Shown here: in pieces, positions 61,331 through 64,000 of the stretch
Numbering within the stretch: the stretch's first letter is position 1
How the letters are laid out: each line of letters begins with the position of its first letter
Source: Gammaproteobacteria bacterium
GTDB lineage: Bacteria; Pseudomonadota; Gammaproteobacteria; UBA4575
NCBI GenBank assembly: GCA_965247265.1
Contig: OZ252002.1
Span: 1,962,565 to 2,026,564 of the forward strand
DNA length: 64,000 nucleotides
Direction: 5' to 3'
Program-made: the position numbers and the translations under genes
The notes under the pieces: model-generated
What the model saw: the letters and a program-made list of their open reading frames with translations, nothing else
What the model was told of the DNA's origin: nothing
The model's database searches: none

Positions 61331-61356
61331 TGACCGCTTTTGGCCGAAAGCGGACA
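61331..61356. repeat. REP-like palindrome, subfamily a (TGACCGCTTTTGGCCGAAAGCGGACAT)
   Basis: Closest to the family consensus. Confidence 0.55.
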
Positions 61357-61364
61357 TTGCGTAA

Positions 61365-61643
61365 CTAATTTTGTATTAACCTTTCACTAAACTCCACCGA
61401 CACCTCCTCATACAACCAAGCATCTTGAGGTTCCTTCCATTCCTTAACTATCGTCTTCCTTCTTTCATATTCTCTATATTCAATAAGTCCCTCTTCCTTT
61501 AGCTTTGCGTAAATGGCTCTTAATGATAAGCATGCATCTGCTACATGCACCACATCTACTGGCTCCCATTCCACATATGGCTTCTTCATTATCTGATCAG
61601 CCTTGATAATCTCTTCTTTTATATTGGCGTGGATTTCAATCAA
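61365..61643 (-). CDS. hypothetical protein (92 aa)
   Basis: ORF only. Acidic. Confidence 0.3.
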   Translation of the reverse strand: MIEIHANIKEEIIKADQIMKKPYVEWEPVDVVHVADACLSLRAIYAKLKEEGLIEYREYERRKTIVKEWKEPQDAWLYEEVSVEFSERLIQN

Positions 61644-62004
61644 AATTGATCCTTCTTGATGTTAAAATGGCCTATATCGACTAACCCCTACCCTTACCCT
61701 TACTTACCCATATATAAGCGATTTTCCCCTCTGAAAGCCGCATAGAATAGGGCCGAAATTCAAGTTTTTAAGGGTCTTAGGTATCTATAAATAGCTAGAA
61801 ACTTGGTCTTATTATTCAGGTCTAAAGTCATACCTATTGTTTGGTTAGCTCCATTACCAATGGATGGGTTATAGAAGTTATTCAGTAGGTGCTCGCCATC
61901 GTAGGCTTGTGTGGTTTCCCCTATCACGCACACGCTCTTAAGCTGGCGGTGGCGGGTTTAACTAAAAGGCCTATTATATTTTTTAGTCATAAGTATAGAA
62001 ATAT

Positions 62005-62643
62005 TCAAAATCGTGGCGGATTCTTTTTCCAATATAAAATAAGAACAAAACCAAATAACATTCCACCTAAGTGTGCAAAATGCGCAATGCCTTCAGCTGT
62101 TCCAGTAATTCCAAACCATAATTCAATTGCGCCAAAGACTATGACAAACCATCTTGCCTCCATTGGTATAGGTGGGAAAATGAGAATGATTCGCTCTCGT
62201 GGGTAAAACATGCCAAAAGCTAGCAACAAACCAAAAACACCACCCGAAGCACCTACCGTTGGATAGATATTTTCACCCTGAGAAGAAACCAATAACTGCA
62301 TTAAGCCCGCACCCACTACACAGACAAAATAATAAACAGCGAAAACTTTAGAACCCCATAAATTTTCAATGCGTGAGCCAAACATCCACAAGGCATACAT
62401 GTTCAACAACAAATGCATTACACCACCATGCAAAAATGCATACGTCACCAATTGAGAAATGCCAAACTGTGGTTGTGTTGTCGCTATGTTTGGGCTGGGC
62501 GAAAGATCCAACGGCCACAATGCCAATTCTGCAATCATGGCATTACCCATATACATTTGAAGCAAGAAAGTTACTCCAATCACAATTAGCAGTGACTTGA
62601 CGACGGGTGTAACCGAGGCATATGGGATGGAAAAACCTGTCAC
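62005..62643 (-). CDS. rhomboid-family intramembrane serine protease
   Basis: ...GASGGVFGLLLAF... (catalytic Ser) and ...AHLGGMLFG... (catalytic His). Six TM segments. Confidence 0.75.
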   Translation of the reverse strand: MTGFSIPYASVTPVVKSLLIVIGVTFLLQMYMGNAMIAELALWPLDLSPSPNIATTQPQFGISQLVTYAFLHGGVMHLLLNMYALWMFGSRIENLWGSKVFAVYYFVCVVGAGLMQLLVSSQGENIYPTVGASGGVFGLLLAFGMFYPRERIILIFPPIPMEARWFVIVFGAIELWFGITGTAEGIAHFAHLGGMLFGFVLILYWKKNPPRF

Positions 62644-62733
62644 ACGTATCCTTACTTATAAATCATAATAGTTATATACACTCACTCATAAATTTTATAT
62701 TACATGAGTTTTCATATAAATATGAACTCTAAT

Positions 62734-63597
62734 CTACAAAGCCTTCTCAATAACTCCAGCAATTTCTTTAAAAGACATATCATCCAATGCAGCAACAGTT
62801 GCTTCAGCAACACCCACATTGCTTTCGTTCCCGCAATCGTTATCTGCAGCAATGATAAATTCTATGTTTGGATGTCTTTCTCTTAAATGTCTAGCAACAG
62901 ATTCTAAGTTACCCGCATCAAAGGCAACCGCAACCACATCATTTGTTAATTCATGAATGGTTGCACCTGTTGCAAAGCCTTCGCAGACATATAAAACATT
63001 CTTTAGTTTCCCCAACAGACAATAAGATCCTTTCTTCTTTGTTCCTGGTAGAAACTTCTTGCTTCCATCGGGTTTAATAAACTGAAGTCCTGTCAAAGCT
63101 CCATCTCGATACAAAGGAATGATTAATTCAAAACCATTTGAACGTATACCGTGTGGTTTAATTCTCTTATCTCTTAAATAGCGATGCAGCCCACTTTCTG
63201 CTGCAGATGTTTCCCATATTCTTTTTGCTTCCTTTACTGCTTGCTGGTGCTTTCGTTCTTGTTCTGTTTCTAATCGTTTTTGTTCTTGCTTGATACGTTC
63301 ATGGACCACAGGGTCATATGTTTTTGTTTTGGTTTTATCATTGCCAAACCATCGATGTTTTACATCTGGCTCCTTCCATGACCCAAACGCACCAAAGGGA
63401 TTAGGATGTAAGCTAAACACATACCACCCATTCAGTGTCCCTGGTTTATCACTCTCTATATGGAATCTATGAATCTTCTGATCCGCAATAGGCATACCAT
63501 TAAATGGAATTCCTGCACGGTGCATCTCATCTAGAAATTTTTGTTCAGGACTCATCAAGCTGCTCGGCAATTGCCATTTGCCATTCCTTTGTTTCAT
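62734..63597 (-). CDS. TOPRIM-domain DNA primase (phage/plasmid TraC/P4-alpha-like)
   Basis: ...VLYVCEGFATGATIHEL...AVAFDAGNL...IIAADND... TOPRIM acidic motifs. Confidence 0.6.
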   Translation of the reverse strand: MKQRNGKWQLPSSLMSPEQKFLDEMHRAGIPFNGMPIADQKIHRFHIESDKPGTLNGWYVFSLHPNPFGAFGSWKEPDVKHRWFGNDKTKTKTYDPVVHERIKQEQKRLETEQERKHQQAVKEAKRIWETSAAESGLHRYLRDKRIKPHGIRSNGFELIIPLYRDGALTGLQFIKPDGSKKFLPGTKKKGSYCLLGKLKNVLYVCEGFATGATIHELTNDVVAVAFDAGNLESVARHLRERHPNIEFIIAADNDCGNESNVGVAEATVAALDDMSFKEIAGVIEKAL

Positions 63598-63772
63598 CCG
63601 TTACCAGATACAGAGCCTCAAGTCGGTCCTTATCAATAAATTTAGGTGCAGTTACATCTTTTATCATAGTGCTGATTACATCCATGTAATGAATGTTCTG
63701 TTCCCATATTTCTTTAAACTCTTTTTTAATCATCTCGTTTTCTCGTTTTAGTGATGGTGTAATTAAATCCAT
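63545..63772 (-). CDS. hypothetical protein (75 aa) overlapping the primase start
   Basis: ORF only. Confidence 0.3.
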   Translation of the reverse strand: MDLITPSLKRENEMIKKEFKEIWEQNIHYMDVISTMIKDVTAPKFIDKDRLEALYLVTDETKEWQMAIAEQLDES

Positions 63773-64000
63773 AGAAATTCCTCATGCAGAAATAGGCCTC
63801 TGCAGCAACAGCAGCGACCAATCAATGTATTGATTGAATAATTGCCGAGAACTCGGCTGATAAAGAAAAACCTCCCTCTCTTACCCATATAGAACGAAAT
63901 GTTTGCAAGCTTTTGAATGTACTAATAAAGCTGAATTTCACGCTTGTTGATTCCACTCATGTACAAAGGAATATAAAGAAATTCTCCTGTACGAATATTG

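Noticed and set aside
1-64000. CRISPR arrays
   Set aside because: No regularly spaced 25-40-bp direct repeats with unique spacers were seen. The repeated elements found are dispersed palindromes.

Overview
This looks like an AT-rich (~35-40% GC) gammaproteobacterial chromosome segment; RNase E, RluC, PlsX and FabH are close to their E. coli counterparts. The conserved backbone is rne / rluC / maf / yceD-rpmF-plsX-fabH and uvrC-pgsA-tRNA-Gly. In E. coli, pgsA-glyW-cysT are contiguous. Here tRNA-Gly (28.3 kb) and tRNA-Cys (1.3 kb) are separated by about 27 kb of mosaic, mostly high-GC (60-68%) horizontally acquired DNA.

That accessory block contains, left to right:
- A GC-rich islet bounded by a 38-nt partial tRNA-Cys repeat. 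It carries an archaeal-type inositol-phosphate operon (MIPS, bifunctional IPCT/DIPPS, HD hydrolase) and integrase debris.
- A truncated hemoglobin and a PhzF-family gene.
- A decayed Gabija-like defence pair (OLD-family ATPase plus UvrD helicase, both frameshifted), a vapBC pair with vapC frameshifted, a P4-type integrase pseudogene, and a tRNA-fMet 3' fragment with terminator.
- An 8.4-kb gene for a 2787-aa fibronectin-III-repeat autotransporter adhesin.
- An IS3-family insertion sequence.
- An integrase/xis/GIY-YIG module abutting tRNA-Gly.

The right half carries further mobile DNA. It includes a second P4-type integrase (frameshifted) with AlpA, a cargo of small genes, a SagB-like dehydrogenase with a DUF309 protein, an IS6-family element and a TOPRIM primase.

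Many genes carry frameshifts or an in-frame stop: maf, a CadC-like regulator, an FGE-sulfatase homologue with a G9 tract, both Gabija genes, vapC and the P4-type integrases. This points to genuine genome decay and/or homopolymer sequencing errors.

A family of about 28-bp REP-like palindromes recurs at gene 3' ends, sometimes supplying the stop codon. All assignments are by eye from the translated ORFs; no database searches were possible.
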